Shown here piece after piece: positions 13,103 through 26,301 of a stretch of DNA of 64,000 nucleotides. Numbering within the stretch: the stretch's first letter is position 1; every line of letters begins with the position of its first letter. Below the pieces are notes generated by a model. That model was not told the origin of the DNA and did no database searches. It saw only the letters and a list, made by a program, of their open reading frames with translations. A program made the position numbers and the translations under genes. Where the stretch lies: contig OZ316893.1 of the NCBI GenBank assembly GCA_973895155.1, positions 25,595,520 through 25,659,519 of the forward strand, given 5' to 3'. Origin of the DNA: Marsupella aquatica. Its lineage: Eukaryota > Plantae > Marchantiophyta.

Positions 13103-14506
13103 TCCTCGAAGCCCGGTCAAATTTTCTTCAACGTTGTATCATAGCTTCCTTACAATTGCAGGAACTCCAGCCACGGGGCCCTGGTAAAGGGTGGTTGAAT
13201 CAGAGCACTCCTACCATGCATAGAACCCTTCATTTGACTGGGATTGTTTCAAAGAAGTAATCCCACGTGGGTGTTGTAGTTGTACAGACCACTTGTTGTG
13301 GAATAGCCTACGCTTTGCATGGTTTAGTTGCTGGGGCTCTAAATTATGTTTTAAAACAACATACCAGATTAGCTGATCCTGGGTCCCATTTCGACCTTGG
13401 TGACTGTAACACAAATAGGGCATTGCCATCCTCAGTTGTACTCTTATTCGCAATAGCAGATAACGCACTTGGACCGTATCCAATTCAACTTCAGGGTTTG
13501 GTGGATATGATTAGTTGCTCGGCGAGGCAATTTTTGGGTAGGAAGTCGTCTTAGTGCTTTTTACCACCAGTAACTTTTTGGTCGTCGATGGGAACTTTGT
13601 ACAGAGATGCTTCTCTTAGTCTGGGTTGCCATTGGCGGTGAGTTTACAACAGAGATAAAATCAGTGGGATTAATAGCACCTGTTTCTGATTGTCATGTAG
13701 GGCCTTACACTGGCGTAGGGAGGGACTGGTATTGCAACGTTGTATATTTTATGATCTGTCTTGCCTTGCGTAGCTGCCACATTTCTCTGGAACATCTCTA
13801 GTCACTGATGTCTCGTTCGAGAGTGATGAAATGCAGGTTCCCTTGTTTGATTCCTAAGAAAATATCGGTGGGTGAGAAACTCCCAAACCATTCGATATGC
13901 TGTTTCTTTTCGTCCTCAGCGCAGCAGCACATTGGAGGAGTCCTAAAAGGCACATTCTGCATAGCACTTGAAAGCCAGACCCGACCAAGTTTAGCAGTTC
14001 TATTGTGCCACTTTTAGTCCAGGAACTTGCTTGCGGTCCACTTCGATAGATATGCGAACACCATGGTTTTCACATTCGATTCTTTTGAAGTGATCGGACT
14101 GCTTTCTTGAAGGGTATGCTGGAGGTGATTCTTGTGAAAGTATGTTAACCCATTCTTATCGTGTGGACTCTCTCGAATTGAGTCTAGTACTTTCTGTTGA
14201 AGACTAATGGTCGAATATAAACACCCGGTGAAAGGGTACTTTTTCTTTGCCTTAAAAGATTTCATGGCATTTCCATACATTCATCGGAACAGCACAAACA
14301 TTGCCTGATCCCAAAAGGCAGGCGCGGGTGTGATGGTATTATTTGATATTGATGGTAATCACTGAAGAATGTTTTCAAGTTGGAAGTGATCTTCTTTATT
14401 CCTGTGAAGGAGGCATGTGCAATGTTTGCAACGCCTGATTGTCAATAAAGTACACAATATTCCCAGGACATGAGGTAGGTAGGCAAACGCTCCTCTCTCT
14501 CAGGGC

Positions 14507-14510
<4 letters not shown>

Positions 14511-14564
<54 letters not shown>
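14511..14564. repeat. (CT)n microsatellite, about 27 units
   Basis: Perfect CT dinucleotide run. Confidence 0.95.
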
Positions 14565-14569
<5 letters not shown>

Positions 14570-17335
14570 ACAAAGCAAAGCCAGCTGCTGTGAGAAGTTC
14601 TTCTTACGACACTATCTGCTCTTCTTCCCTTTCAGAACCACGAGAAACCGTCGTCTTCTCGTTATCAACCTGAAAGAGGTCGACTGTGCAGTTCCTGCTT
14701 CCACATTTAATTGGGACTTAGGTTGCTCTGTTGATTTTCATTATTTGTGGGTTTGTATTTCATTGTATTAAATTTGGCGTTGGTAGCTCGACTACTGTGG
14801 TGCTGAGAATTAGAAGAAGCGACGAGCAATACACTGGTTAGGCTTTTTGCTCTTTTGTTGTTTTGGGGCCTGCTGGCGTGTTGAGCCTCTCTCGTCTCCT
14901 TGGGATCTTTTCCCTTTTGCTCCCTCCCTCTTATGGGTCTTTCTGGTCTATGGGATCCTGTCTCCCTGTATGGCCCATTTGTACTTCAGCACTGTGTTTC
15001 ATATCAGCATAGCTAAATCCGAATGCAAAAGGTGTACGGTGACAGCCTTATTCATTCCCCAAGACACCCTTTATTCACTCCCATGTCAAAATTGAACTAG
15101 TCTATAGGTCCCAAAGTACAGTGAGTTGTGTCTTAAGTGGGGTACCTGGGAAGACACCACCAGCCAGAGACACCACCAGCTAGCACTTATTCACAGAATG
15201 TACATGGAACATCAACTATGTCTAAATGCAGGTAGCAGGAAAGATACCACCAGAGGTAGCACTATGTCATAAGTACATGGAACATCATTTATTCTTGATC
15301 CGCATTATCTTATTAGTGTAATGGAAATCACTTTTGCAGTTGTTGGGTCACACATGTTGGATTCCTCATACCTTGACCCCTCATATTGCACATTTCAATT
15401 GCATGAGTGCAAGAAACTACTTTTTGTAGCTGCACTTGTAGATAAATGTTTCTTGTGTATGCATCAGAGTAAATTGATAAATGCATGTGTACACTTATAA
15501 AAGAAATGCACTTATGGATATCTCTTTTAGTGCCAATATTTTGTCAATCTAGTGTCAACTTGCACTTATGTAAACTGCATTTTTTGGTGCATTTACAAAG
15601 AAAATACTTGTAACATTAGTGTACGACACGGTTGGCCCTGCACCAATCCAAGGAATGTACTTATGGTTGGCCTGCACTAATTGACAGAATGCACTTACTT
15701 GCACTTATACATGGGTCATTGTAGCTCTGTGAGGGTCTCAAGAATACTGTCAAATGCTACCCACCAATGAGAATACTGTAGAGTCTTCATCTGCCTATCG
15801 TTTAAATGAAAGAATTTGCTAAATTGCACCCAACCAGTCACAATTTTCAATTTGTCAGTTTCCCACATAGCCACACCTCGCCACAGAACCAGGGTCATAA
15901 TCTGACGGTTGTCCTTAGTCTAGGAAAACTTTAACAGTAGAAACTCAATCTAGGAGAACTAGAGAAAGAAGGTTCTTGGCATCTTGTACTTCACGCCAGG
16001 TGCCATTAGCAACTGGTCAAAAAGGAAAAACCTCAAGTGAATATAACACTGGTCTTCATGCCATTCCTTCAAGAAATGTTTAATTTACTTCTACAGGACT
16101 GACATGGCAGAAGACACGACAGTAGCCAAAGGGCATCAACCATTCAAAACAAGCCAGGAATATTTTGGAACAAAGGGTGTCCCCACACTCTCCTTAAAGA
16201 CGTGTGACAGGAATGCAGGTGGCAAGGCCAGGAGACTTGTGAAGGAAAGAATGGGAATAAAACTTAGTATACAATATACATGCAGAAAACAAAAGTTGTG
16301 AAAAGTTTACATTTGGAATTGATTGCTACATTCCATTCTGCTGGATTTTAAATTCACTTACCAGACCTTGCAAAAGTGGCATTTGACAAGTCTACACACT
16401 TGAATTTTAGGTCTAACGTGGATACTTGTCTTGTGAAAATCCTGTAATTAACCATCATTCTTGGGACCTTGTAATGTGGGTTCTTTGGTAGTTCAGCACC
16501 TTAGTATATTTATTTGAAATCCTGGATCTAAAACTCAGAGAGGTTTCCATGTTCATTTGGACTTTGTTGACCCTCCGTGAAGGCTGTTTTGCTCACTTTC
16601 CAGGTCTCATGGAAAGTTCATTGGCAATGGGGGTTTGACTCTCCCACCACCGCATAGTGGGAGCAAGTTCCTGCTACCATAGTGCTTGCAGACCCTGTGC
16701 AACAAAGCAAATGACACCTTTTGGGGTGGCAAATTTCAAAATCTATGTAGGCTTGTGTGGCATGATCAGTGGGAGATTAATATCCTCACAATTTCCCTCA
16801 CAGGGCATGTTCATGAGGAAAATATTGAAGCTATGTGCAGCTGGTAGCATTACGTAGAAATTCCTTTTGCTCAAGGGGGGCTAAGACCATCTCCACCTGT
16901 TTAGTGGTTGTCAATCGCCACCCAAACAATGTGCAGGCTCCCGGGCAGGCTTCAGTCATGGTGGAAGCCTAGACCAAATGGATCTTTTGGAAGGGCAAGA
17001 TAGTCTTGTTTGTATGCTCAAAAATCAAGCACTTATCACACCAGTTTTATCGCATGGGCATTTACAGATTAAGTTCAGTACTACATAACTTAGTTGGCCC
17101 TGCCTATTCATATTTTATGGCTTAAAAGGAACTAAAATTTAGCGGTTCTGGTAGTTCATAGCGGCTAATTTTGTAATTGGGTACTTTTGGCTATTTCTGC
17201 TTAGCTGCAGATGAGTCTGCAACTACTGTTCTTTTTGGGCTGTCTACTTTTTTCAAGGCCCATCTATGCCTGGTTTCTTTTATTTACTCATCAGTAATGC
17301 TGACCATTAGAGACCCCAAAAAACTGTTGCATTCC

Positions 17336-17483
17336 AATTACTGCACATCAATATATGACAATATCCATAGTACTATGAATAACACTTAATGATTTGAACA
17401 GAATAATTGGTTTTATCATGGTATTGAGTGACATAGTGCCCCACATAGTACTTTATATATTGTCACATTTTGATGTTCAATTA
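17336..17483. mobile_element. Small AT-rich MITE-like element (family also near 32624-33121 and 55133-55243)
   Basis: Imperfect terminal inverted repeats CACATCAA.AT.TGACAATAT / ATATTGTCACATTTTGATGT. Internal ATACCATGATAAA motif (here on the - strand) is shared with the other copies. Confidence 0.5.
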
Positions 17484-18580
17484 GGGACCCCCATGACAAG
17501 TCTCTTGCCATTTTCCTTGCTTGTAGTTGAGTCTCAGCAGTGGTTTCCACCACAAACATGAATTGTGATGTTCACAACAACAAACAAATACGGCCATTTG
17601 TGTTTGTCGTGACACCAGCAAAAATGGTTAGACCCAGGAGCGATAAACATTTAAGAAAGTTGAAAATTTATAATGCAACTAACAAATGATAAGAAAGTTG
17701 AAACACAAAATCTTAGCAATTTTGGTTATTTTTCCAATCTAAAAATTAAACTACATGATTGAAAAAAGGTATTCCTCTTAATAGAGTAAGCTGAAAAAAC
17801 ACTGAATGTATGATAACTAAGGAAGAAAATCACTATTGAAAAAACAATGACCCTTGTTGAATCAACCAAAGCTCTCCATTTGGAACTGGGTTTGTTTTGT
17901 TTATGCACACTAGATTGAATTAGGCTCTTCTACTTTCCTCTTACGTTTACTGCCTGGCTTGTGCAGGATTGGATTGTAAGGGTTAGATTCCTAAATGCAC
18001 ATCTATTAACACACATGAGTGAGATTAAGGCCTACGATAGACACAATTAACAGCAGCAAATTTGGTCCACTATTGCTCAGTCGCGTTACCATTGTCCACT
18101 TAGTATGGGTCAAGACGAACGTTACAAAATACTGAAGGGGGATGAGACAGACTAGCGGAGAGAAAATGAACCCCTACCCAATTATTGGGAAACAAAATTA
18201 AAACAAAAATGTTGAGTGCTAAAAGTGATCTCTTGTATTTTGATGTGCAATTATTGGGAAGCAAAAATGTTGTGTGCTGGAAGTCTAGAGATCATTGCAT
18301 AATAGACATGTGTGGGCAGAACACATGTAGTGTTAGACACTTTTCTCTTCTTCCTTTTTTAGGGTTGCATTTGCCGTTCTTCTTCTTTGTTTGGTGTTTG
18401 TCCTCTCTGGACCTCTTTTTCTTTCCTTTCATTGTATTTTTGGTTTGTTTGGTAATATATAAATTTTGGTGTAAGTAAAAAAATGAAGCAAGTTTGCACA
18501 AGAAACATTTTCGAAATGGCGTAAAGTACAAAGCTAAAAAGGGGGCTAAAGCCGAAAGGTTGGCAGAGACGTCAAAAGAG

Positions 18581-18950
18581 GTCCGGGCTAAAGGATTCAA
18601 AAAAGGACCTGTCCGGGAAGAAAGGTCTCAAAAAATACACATGCGAGTCAAACGTTTTTCAGAAAACCTCCAACGCTAAGAAGGCGTCCAAAGCCTAACC
18701 GGTCGCGAGATGTCGTAAGAGACCTGTCCGGGCAGACGAACCTCTTATACGACCTCTCCGGGAGGCGGGTCCGGGCTAAAGGATTCAAGAAAGGACCTTT
18801 CTGGGGAGAAAAGTCTCGGAAAAGACACATGCGAGTCAAATGTTTTTCAGGAAACCTCCAAAGCTAAGAACGCGTCCAAAGCCTAAACGGTCGCGAGATG
18901 TCAGAATAGACCTGTCGGGGCAGATGAACCTCATACACGGCCTCTCCGGA
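18581..18950. repeat. Tandem duplication, 188 bp x 2
   Basis: GTCCGGGCTAAAGGATTCAA...GGTCGCGAGATGTC...CCTCTCCGG starts at 18581 and again at 18769. Confidence 0.9.
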
Positions 18951-20036
18951 AACAGAGGTTCCACGACATGACCCGCCTCTCGAAAAGGGGATTCCGTACA
19001 GGGGGGGGACAGAGAGCGTTTCCCGATTCGTCAAATGCGCGCAATTTCCCAGAATTTCAAATATGCCGTGAGTGGAAAGAAAATACGAAGGGGAAAAAGA
19101 AAACAGCAACAAAGGGGTTTAAATCCGGCCAATCAGAGTCCAGCGTGATTGTTCTTCTACGGCGCTGTGAGTCTGTACCCCCCTCCTCGTACTAGAACTC
19201 CTACTGTGGGCGGTGCCGTGGAGTGGAGTGGAGTGGAATGAATGCGGGCGAAGAAGAAGGACGGGACCCGAATTGATTGGCACCCGAAAGAATCGCATCT
19301 CCGATTCCGGCATTGGCTGGAGCTCCGCACTGAATGAATGCGAGCGAATGAATCTGCAAAAATCTGCAAAAATCTGCAAAAATCTTGAGCCGGTGGACGA
19401 GAACTGAACCAATGGTCTGAATACTGACTTTCACGAACGGTCGGTCGAGAAGCGAACCGAAGAGACGAGAAGAGAAGAAAGAAGAGTAGAGACGAAGAGA
19501 AGAGGAAGAGAAGAGGAAGAAATGAATGGAGGAATCTGGAAGTTGTGTCGTGGGGTGGAGCAGAAATGAGCGAATGACAACTTTCCAATGTGGACGGACG
19601 GAGGTGAGGTGAGGTGAGGTGAGTTGAGGTGAGGCAAAATATCTGAGGGGAATGTGTGAGAGGAAGGAGGCCAAGCAAGCAAGGGAAGGTGGTCAGGCCC
19701 GTCAGATAGAGCCAGAGAGGCAATTGAAGGCTCGATTGGCTCGCAGGACACGGAGTGCAGGCTGGCGATTCGTGGCGGGCTCGTACACGTGAGTTGAGAC
19801 GCTGAATCTTTCTTCATCCACTACGACGAGGACGAGGACGAGGAGGAGGGATTGGTTGCGGAGCGATGGAGCTCGCGAGGAGAGGCGGAGGTGAATGGGG
19901 AGGATTGTATACGGAAAGAGGATTGGAGGATGGACGATGATGATGGAGGGCGACGGGGCGGAATTGAGAGGGGCGTGGAGCGGCGTGGAACACACGTTAC
20001 TTCACTGGAGGAGGGAGAGCAGCAGGAGCTGCGTGC

Positions 20037-20067
<31 letters not shown>

Positions 20068-21177
20068 TAGTACTGGAAATGATTGAGTGATGGTGGTGCA
20101 GAGTGAGCGTGGAGACTGGCGAGAGTGAAGTGATGAGAGGGGCGAAACGAGGATCAAGACGAGGCGCAGGGCGATGGGAAGGGCGGGAGGCGGCGTCTGA
20201 AATCATGTGTGACCTTTTCCACTTCTGGCGCATTCACTGACCCACCACCGTGCTGGTGGTGCCTGCCGTCTGGGAGGAATCAATTGATCATACAGTGTAG
20301 TACTGTAGTGTTGGAGGCGCGAGTATCGATGGTGTAATCGACGTACTACGATGTGAGGAGAGGCGAGGAGAGGCGAGGCGAGGCTTCTGGTCGAGGGCGG
20401 ACGGGCGCTAACGAGGAATTCATGACGGTGGAGGAGGCGCCTCCTAGGGAATTGTAGGTTTCTGATCAGGAGAGGAGATGATGGAATGGTTTGCTTGCCC
20501 ACCTCGGAGGTTGGAAAGGAATGCAATGGAACGGCAGGCGTGTGTCTTCTTCTCACTTTTGCTCCAATTTCTGAGATGATCCGCGAGTCTTCTTTAGGGT
20601 TTTGTGCCTAGAAATTTCGACATCGTAGGATTCGTCGTGGGTCGCTTGTTCGGGGTCATTGTGGTCCTTCGTATTATTCGACGTTGTCCTCCTCAGTGAG
20701 CCTGCCATTTGCACGTCGATTTCTCTCTCTTAGAAGTTCCGGCTCTTGTTGTTGCTTCTCGGAAAATCTCAGAGTCCACAAGGAATATTATGGTCAACAT
20801 CGTAATGGAGGCATGATTTGGTGACGAGCATTTACAGCCGCATGCACCTGAGGGGATATACCAAGACTGTAGACTCCAATCTTTGTGGAAATCGGTAGAA
20901 ATCTGAGGGATCCAAGTTTGTCGAGGATGATAGCTGCTGCATGTATCGTGTATCGCGTGGAGTGCGAACAACAACAAGGAAGTCAGTCTGGAAAGAGAGG
21001 GGGATTCATAGACCTCGGTCCCGCTCGAAGGGAAGTAGAAGAACGCGGTTCCAACATTCCCTCACAACTCGGCGCCGTAACAGGGGAAGACGACGTGCAG
21101 CACTACGGTTCATGGTGGGAAATGTGTGGTTAAGTTCTATTGACTACATCCGGTCAATACTGGCAGTGGGGTCTGCA

Positions 21178-22662
21178 ATGGCAGCGTCCTGCTCTGGGAA
21201 AGTAATCGAGGAATTTTGCGGGCACAACGATGAAGAATTTGAGCGAATTGAGGGCCCACTTGTGCTGCGTGACACAATTTGGCACGGCGGGGGTGAGAGG
21301 ATGATGGAAAGTCCAGGTCCGGTGGCAAAATCGAATGGAAACGAGGTGACGGATTCTGAGTTGGATCCGGAATTATGGAGCTCACTACGCGAAGAGCTAG
21401 TAGAGAAGATCATCGCGAGACTCCCTCTGAAGGCTCTCATACAATCCCAAACGCTGTCGAAAAAATGGTGCGATCTATTCCTCTCTGCCCCCTTCCAATA
21501 CGAGGTGAGCAGCGTGTCCTCCCGGTGGGGCTCCTACTATCCTCTCTACGTGAGCGACAAGGAGCTCATGGGATACGACCGAACTTCCAGTAAATGGCAG
21601 AAACTCTTCTCTCTTCCAGAGTTCCCCGAAGACTTCTGCAGGGGCTTCTCCGGCCCTCTGGCATGGACGCTGTCCTTGTGTAGCGTGACCGGCTCTCTGA
21701 TCATTCTCAGCTACTTCGCTAATCATACTCTCCACATTTTTGTTAGCAATCCAATTAATAAATCCGTAAGGAGGCTGCCGCCGTTAGATTTGACACATGA
21801 CGCTCCGCTCGACCCGAGGTTTGAGGAATGGGACGATAGTGTCCTCGTCCTTCCCGTGAGTGCTTACAGCTACAAGGTTCTGGTCTTTACCCGCAATGCG
21901 GCCATGAATGTGCTTCAGGTAAGAGTCTACCATTCGCATCTGAATACATGGACGGAGCCGCAACGCGGGCCTGTCCTTCCTGGGGACTTTCGGGGACTGG
22001 ACAGCGGAGGGTATTTGGGGAAGATCTTCTACTTGGCCTTTCTCAAGTCAATCGATGAGACTCCGTGCACTCTCCGCTCTTGTCTCGAGGATTTGATGCT
22101 GTTCTATGCGTATGATGTGGATGACGGCGTCTTCAAAGAGATAATTTTGCCTTCTCCACAAAAGGTGCCAGATGTTCCGATCCGAGTCTGCAAATTGGTT
22201 GTTTGTGGTTCTGAGCTTATGCTAGTGGTCGGGCAGGGGTCTCGTGATCAAGACGAGGAGCAAAGACAAGAATCAATCAGAGCACAGGCTTCGAGTGGGA
22301 TCGAGGTGGATGAGAATCAGCCGGATTACAGCTTCTCACAAGAATACTTGTACATACCGAAGGAGAGTTTCCTCGTCTTCAGATTAGACCTGAAGACATT
22401 GCAATTGACTGAGGTATCGAGAGGACCAGCTGAGAAATTGAGCAGTAGGACTTTCACTGGGCTCGTGGTCTGTGATAAGGACTGCATATATCTTCAAACA
22501 GAATCCGCCTACGGAGAGAACGAATTTGGGGTGGTGATGTTCGACATGCGCCTGCAGGTGTGGAGCCCTCTACCTCTGGACACCGAGAACCGTGGTTATT
22601 ACAATGTCAACTTGCTTGAATTTGCCTTCCAGCCAGGGTTGAACCCCTTCGTGTGTGCCTAA
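21178..22662 (+). CDS. F-box protein with a kelch/FBA-like beta-propeller C-terminus, single coding exon
   Basis: F-box motif LDPELWSSLREELVEKIIARLPLKALIQSQTLSKKW; IFVSNPINKSVRRLPPL, YKVLV, VYHSHLNTW repeats; C-terminal FAFQPGL. Start may be 21178 or 21301; the upstream ORF extension does not start at ATG. Confidence 0.88.
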   Translation: MAASCSGKVIEEFCGHNDEEFERIEGPLVLRDTIWHGGGERMMESPGPVAKSNGNEVTDSELDPELWSSLREELVEKIIARLPLKALIQSQTLSKKWCDLFLSAPFQYEVSSVSSRWGSYYPLYVSDKELMGYDRTSSKWQKLFSLPEFPEDFCRGFSGPLAWTLSLCSVTGSLIILSYFANHTLHIFVSNPINKSVRRLPPLDLTHDAPLDPRFEEWDDSVLVLPVSAYSYKVLVFTRNAAMNVLQVRVYHSHLNTWTEPQRGPVLPGDFRGLDSGGYLGKIFYLAFLKSIDETPCTLRSCLEDLMLFYAYDVDDGVFKEIILPSPQKVPDVPIRVCKLVVCGSELMLVVGQGSRDQDEEQRQESIRAQASSGIEVDENQPDYSFSQEYLYIPKESFLVFRLDLKTLQLTEVSRGPAEKLSSRTFTGLVVCDKDCIYLQTESAYGENEFGVVMFDMRLQVWSPLPLDTENRGYYNVNLLEFAFQPGLNPFVCA

Positions 22663-24204
22663 GTAAAATCTGAACATTTTAGAAAAGGGAGCAAGCACCA
22701 CTACCGACATTTCGGAAGGTGGGTCTGTCTGGAAGGATGAATATTAGCGGAAAAGGTCATCATCATCTCAACTATTTATTAATAAATGGAAGCGCGTGTC
22801 TTCGATCATCTTCATCATAACCTATCCAATCATGTGTTGGAGTTGACGAGTTGTATGTTCAATGTGCCTCATGCCAGCAGGTGTGGACCTGTCTTCCCCT
22901 CGAGGCCTCCACTCTTTGTTTTGACGTATGGAATACTTGTCTAACTGACTTTGCTTTCCAGCCAGAATTGCATCCCTTCGCTTTAGCTTGATTTATTAGG
23001 AACCTCTGAGCACGGTTGTACTGGACTCCCGGTTTCATCTGCCAATAATGATACGAACGTCGCAGAATTGATCCGTGGGAGATTTCTTGTATGGGTTGTT
23101 AGAGCTGTGTCAACAGCACGTCTGCAATGCTATTACTCAACTTCCGTGTTCACCCCTGATCTCGGCTTTGGTCCCGTTGTCATTATGAGATTGCAAAGTA
23201 TGGTTTCGACGTAGCTTGCATTATGGCTACCCCAGATAATTGAAATTCTTCCTTTCGTTGCTGTGATGTCCACGTAGCGATGCCGGGCCTGTTTGGCTCT
23301 ACACTGCTGATTGAACGTCTATTCTGTAACTGTGTTCATGCATCATTGCTCTCTTGAGGAGCTGTGAAGTTTCTCTTGAATTTTGCGGGCATATTTATGA
23401 TGTGCCTTAAAGTGACGTGTTCGCTGTGACTGTATAGGCAATCTGTCCTCCCATCTAATCCTCTCCTGTTGAGAGGATACCATAATAATGGGTGATGGGA
23501 TACTTTCCCTACGCCGAATGAGGGTAATTTGTTCTGCAATAAAGATTCGGTTGTTGTTAATGGGTTTTACCCCATCTAACGTTTTTCGTTACTCCCGTCA
23601 CTTCAGGGAGCGTATTGGTTACGTCGTTCCTTTCATGAGTTTAGGAGAAGGGTTTTTGCACCTCTTTTGGAGCTTATCCTATTCACATCCGATTTCTGAT
23701 TGGTGATGTAACGAGAACCTCTCTTGTGACGGTTTCCAGGAGACTAAGGAGTTGTCTGGATGGAGCGACCCAAGGCCTCTTTGAAGTAATGCCTTGCAGA
23801 TCAAACGTTGTGTGTAGCTCACCGATGCTCACCGTAGTACTGGCCACTCGCTACTTGGCGTTAGATCATAGGTTCTGTGTAGGTCATGATGCTTACTGGA
23901 GTACTGACCGATCAGCTATTCGGCAGTAGCAGTGGAAACCACATGTAATTTGTTCCCTATAGATCCCCAATGAGCTACTTCCTGACTCATTTGGAATGGA
24001 GCTGGGTCTGTAGTAAGAGATATTAGTCACCCTTGTCCATGCCTGACAGAGTTGCTGGAAGACTTGATCACGTCAGACACTCAACTGACCAGACACCTCT
24101 GGTCCTTTTAACCATCATACAGCAATTAAGCAAAGTAGGAGTCAAGAGTACGATCTTAAAATTTAAAAGTAGTACAGTACTTGGGTACCGCGAGAGGTAC
24201 AGCC

Positions 24205-24540
24205 AGAAAGCGAATTTAAGTCGAATTTAAGTCTTGATTGAGAGCTAGGGACCACTGGCTCTAAACGCACGGCTCCTCTAACAACAACTGGGTGATCCGG
24301 TGATGGAAAGCGAATTTTAATTCTGTTCAGTACACGCAAATCGAGAATGGAAGCAGAGAGAGATTTTAAGTCGAATTAAACGCTTGATTGAGAGCTAGGG
24401 ACCACTGACTCTAAACGCACGGCTCCTTCAGCAACTGGGTGATGGACAGGGAATTTTAATCCTTTTCAGTACACGAGCAACTGGGTGATGGAAAGGAAAT
24501 TTTAATCCTTTTCAGTACACGAAAGTCGAGAGTGGAAGCG
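24205..24540. repeat. Nested tandem duplications upstream of the tRNA gene
   Basis: CTTGATTGAGAGCTAGGGACCACTG.CTCTAAACGCACGGCTCC x2 and CAACTGGGTGATGGA...TTTTCAGTACACG x2-3. Confidence 0.75.
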
Positions 24541-24865
24541 AATCTTGTGGAACCTCTTTCTTATTTCGACAGCCTGTCACTACGAGATACTTCGATCTGC
24601 ACAATTCTGTGGTGCACGATTTCTAAACAAGACCCAATTGAGCGCTGTTTGCTGAAGCAAATCTGACAAGTGTTCGGTCGCTCGCCCTGAAGCGCGATAG
24701 ATAGAATAGTACGAAAAGTAGTTCACCGTTCACACCATTTCTGGACACTCGATTTCATTCAATTAGAACTAACTGCAAAGCCTCCCTTCATGTCAGTGAT
24801 CTGTTTTCGTCGCCGTTTCTTGAAATTTGTATAAATACATAAATGTTTCCCTTCCTCTCATCCGA

Positions 24866-24937
24866 GGGCATTTGGTCTAGTGGTATGATTCTTGCTTTGG
24901 GTGCAAGAGGCCGCGAGTTCGATTCTCGCAATGCCCC
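24866..24937 (+). tRNA. trnP-TGG: tRNA-Pro (TGG), 72 nt, no intron
   Basis: GGGCATT/AATGCCC acceptor stem, D-arm TGGTCTAGTGGTATGA, anticodon arm CTTGC-TTTGGGT-GCAAG, T-arm GCGAG-TTCGATT-CTCGC. Upstream TATAAATA (~24830) and downstream TTTTT (~24966). Confidence 0.97.
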
Positions 24938-25029
24938 GGAGACAGAAAACTTAATATTTCTCAGCTTTTTGAGGTTCACTTTTCCAGTCTGTTCTCCTCC
25001 AATAACTACAGTAGTGAATTGCCACTAGT

Positions 25030-25910
25030 GATGGAAGGCGGATGTGGAAAGGAAAGCCACGATGGAAACCTTGACAAAGTGGTAGTCCTTTTGTTGTAGA
25101 TGGCACTTGTCATGCAAGGGGGATGTGCAGAAGGAAAGCCAGAAGGAAAGCCAGCATTAATAAGGGGCCCGTGGCCTCTCGGAGCAGGGTTGTCCGATGG
25201 GGCTGACCCTTCCCCTTCACTTCTCCTCTCTCGGGAGGATCTTCTCCTTTGATCTTGGTGCAATTTTTTCGGCCTTGGTAAGATATCAGCCTCCGGCTGT
25301 GGGTGGTTGGCACCGGTTCTGCTGCGGGCTTGTCTGCCCAATAGGGTGTTAGTCTTCTAGGCCACTTAGTGGAATCTTTGGCTGGTTGTTCCCTTTTGGT
25401 TGTGGGGGACTCCTTGCCTTGTTGGGCCTCTTCGGTCTCTCTTGGCTTTTCGCCCTCCCTGTTCCCTTTATTGGCTGGGTTACTTTCGAGGTTGCTTTGC
25501 CTTTGGGACCTTGTCTCCCATTTTAACATTTTTGTTCTTTTGCACTGTAACATATAAAGCAAAAGTAGACACAATAGTTTGAGAAGGCAGATGTGATAAA
25601 GGAAAGCCAGAGTAGACACAAAAGTATGACAAGGTGTTCTGATGGACTTGAATGTGGACTTGAACCTTGCATGTACAAAAGGAAAGCCAAGATAGACACA
25701 TAACTTTGACAAGGTGTTCAGATGGACTCACAAATGGGTTGTCCTCCAAAATAGATGGCACTTGGCACACAAGGCAGATGTGCAAAAAGAAAGCCATGGT
25801 AGATGGGAAAGTTTGACAAGGTGCTCTCGTAGACTTGAACCTTGCATGTATGAAAGGAAAGCCATGATAGACACAAATTTTTGACAACTAAGGTGCTTGG
25901 ATGACTCACC
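25030..25910. repeat. Repeat-rich TE-like segment with about 60 bp subrepeats
   Basis: Recurring GGAAAGCCA..ATAGACACA..TTTGACAAGGTG motifs. The middle shares TGGGA(C/T)C(C/T)TG.CTC..TTTGT.CTT.(G/C)ACTG with ~1150-1225 and ~14950-15012. Confidence 0.5.
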
Positions 25911-26012
25911 TAACATAAATCGACACTATCTGTAGTGTTTTAAGAGGACCTTGCTCCTGTTTAGCTACATTATGGTTCCAGTCTCTAGAACCAACCTTCA
26001 TGTACATGTACC

Positions 26013-26301
26013 TGTTGACTATTGCTCTTAGTCTTGTGACTTTAGGGCTAACCGTAGTTAGGCTAACTCAGGTTAGGACTTAACTAAGGTTAGCAGTGAT
26101 GCATATTGTATATAACCAAGGCTGACACCTCTGGTGGATCTTTAGTTCATTATTGGAGTTGGGCAAGAGAGAAATAAAGGTAGATTGCTTTCCCGTGGAC
26201 GTGGCTTCCGTCGAGAGGTGAACCACGTACTCGTTGTGTCGACTACTTTTGTATGGTGTTTACATGTGCATGGTATTTCGGAGTAAGGATTATCCCCAAC
26301 A
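26013..26301 (+). mobile_element. Solo LTR (289 bp)
   Basis: Termini TGTTG...CAACA; 5-bp TSD GTACC at 26008-26012 and 26302-26306; TATA-like TATATAA, AATAAA and the CCCGTGGACGT...GAACCACGTA motif also found in the copia LTRs at 46563 and 52287. Confidence 0.85.

Noticed and set aside
20941-21177. Arg-rich N-terminal extension of the F-box ORF
   Set aside because: Composition is atypical, and an acceptor-like CTGGCAG just before 21178 suggests this part is intron or UTR.
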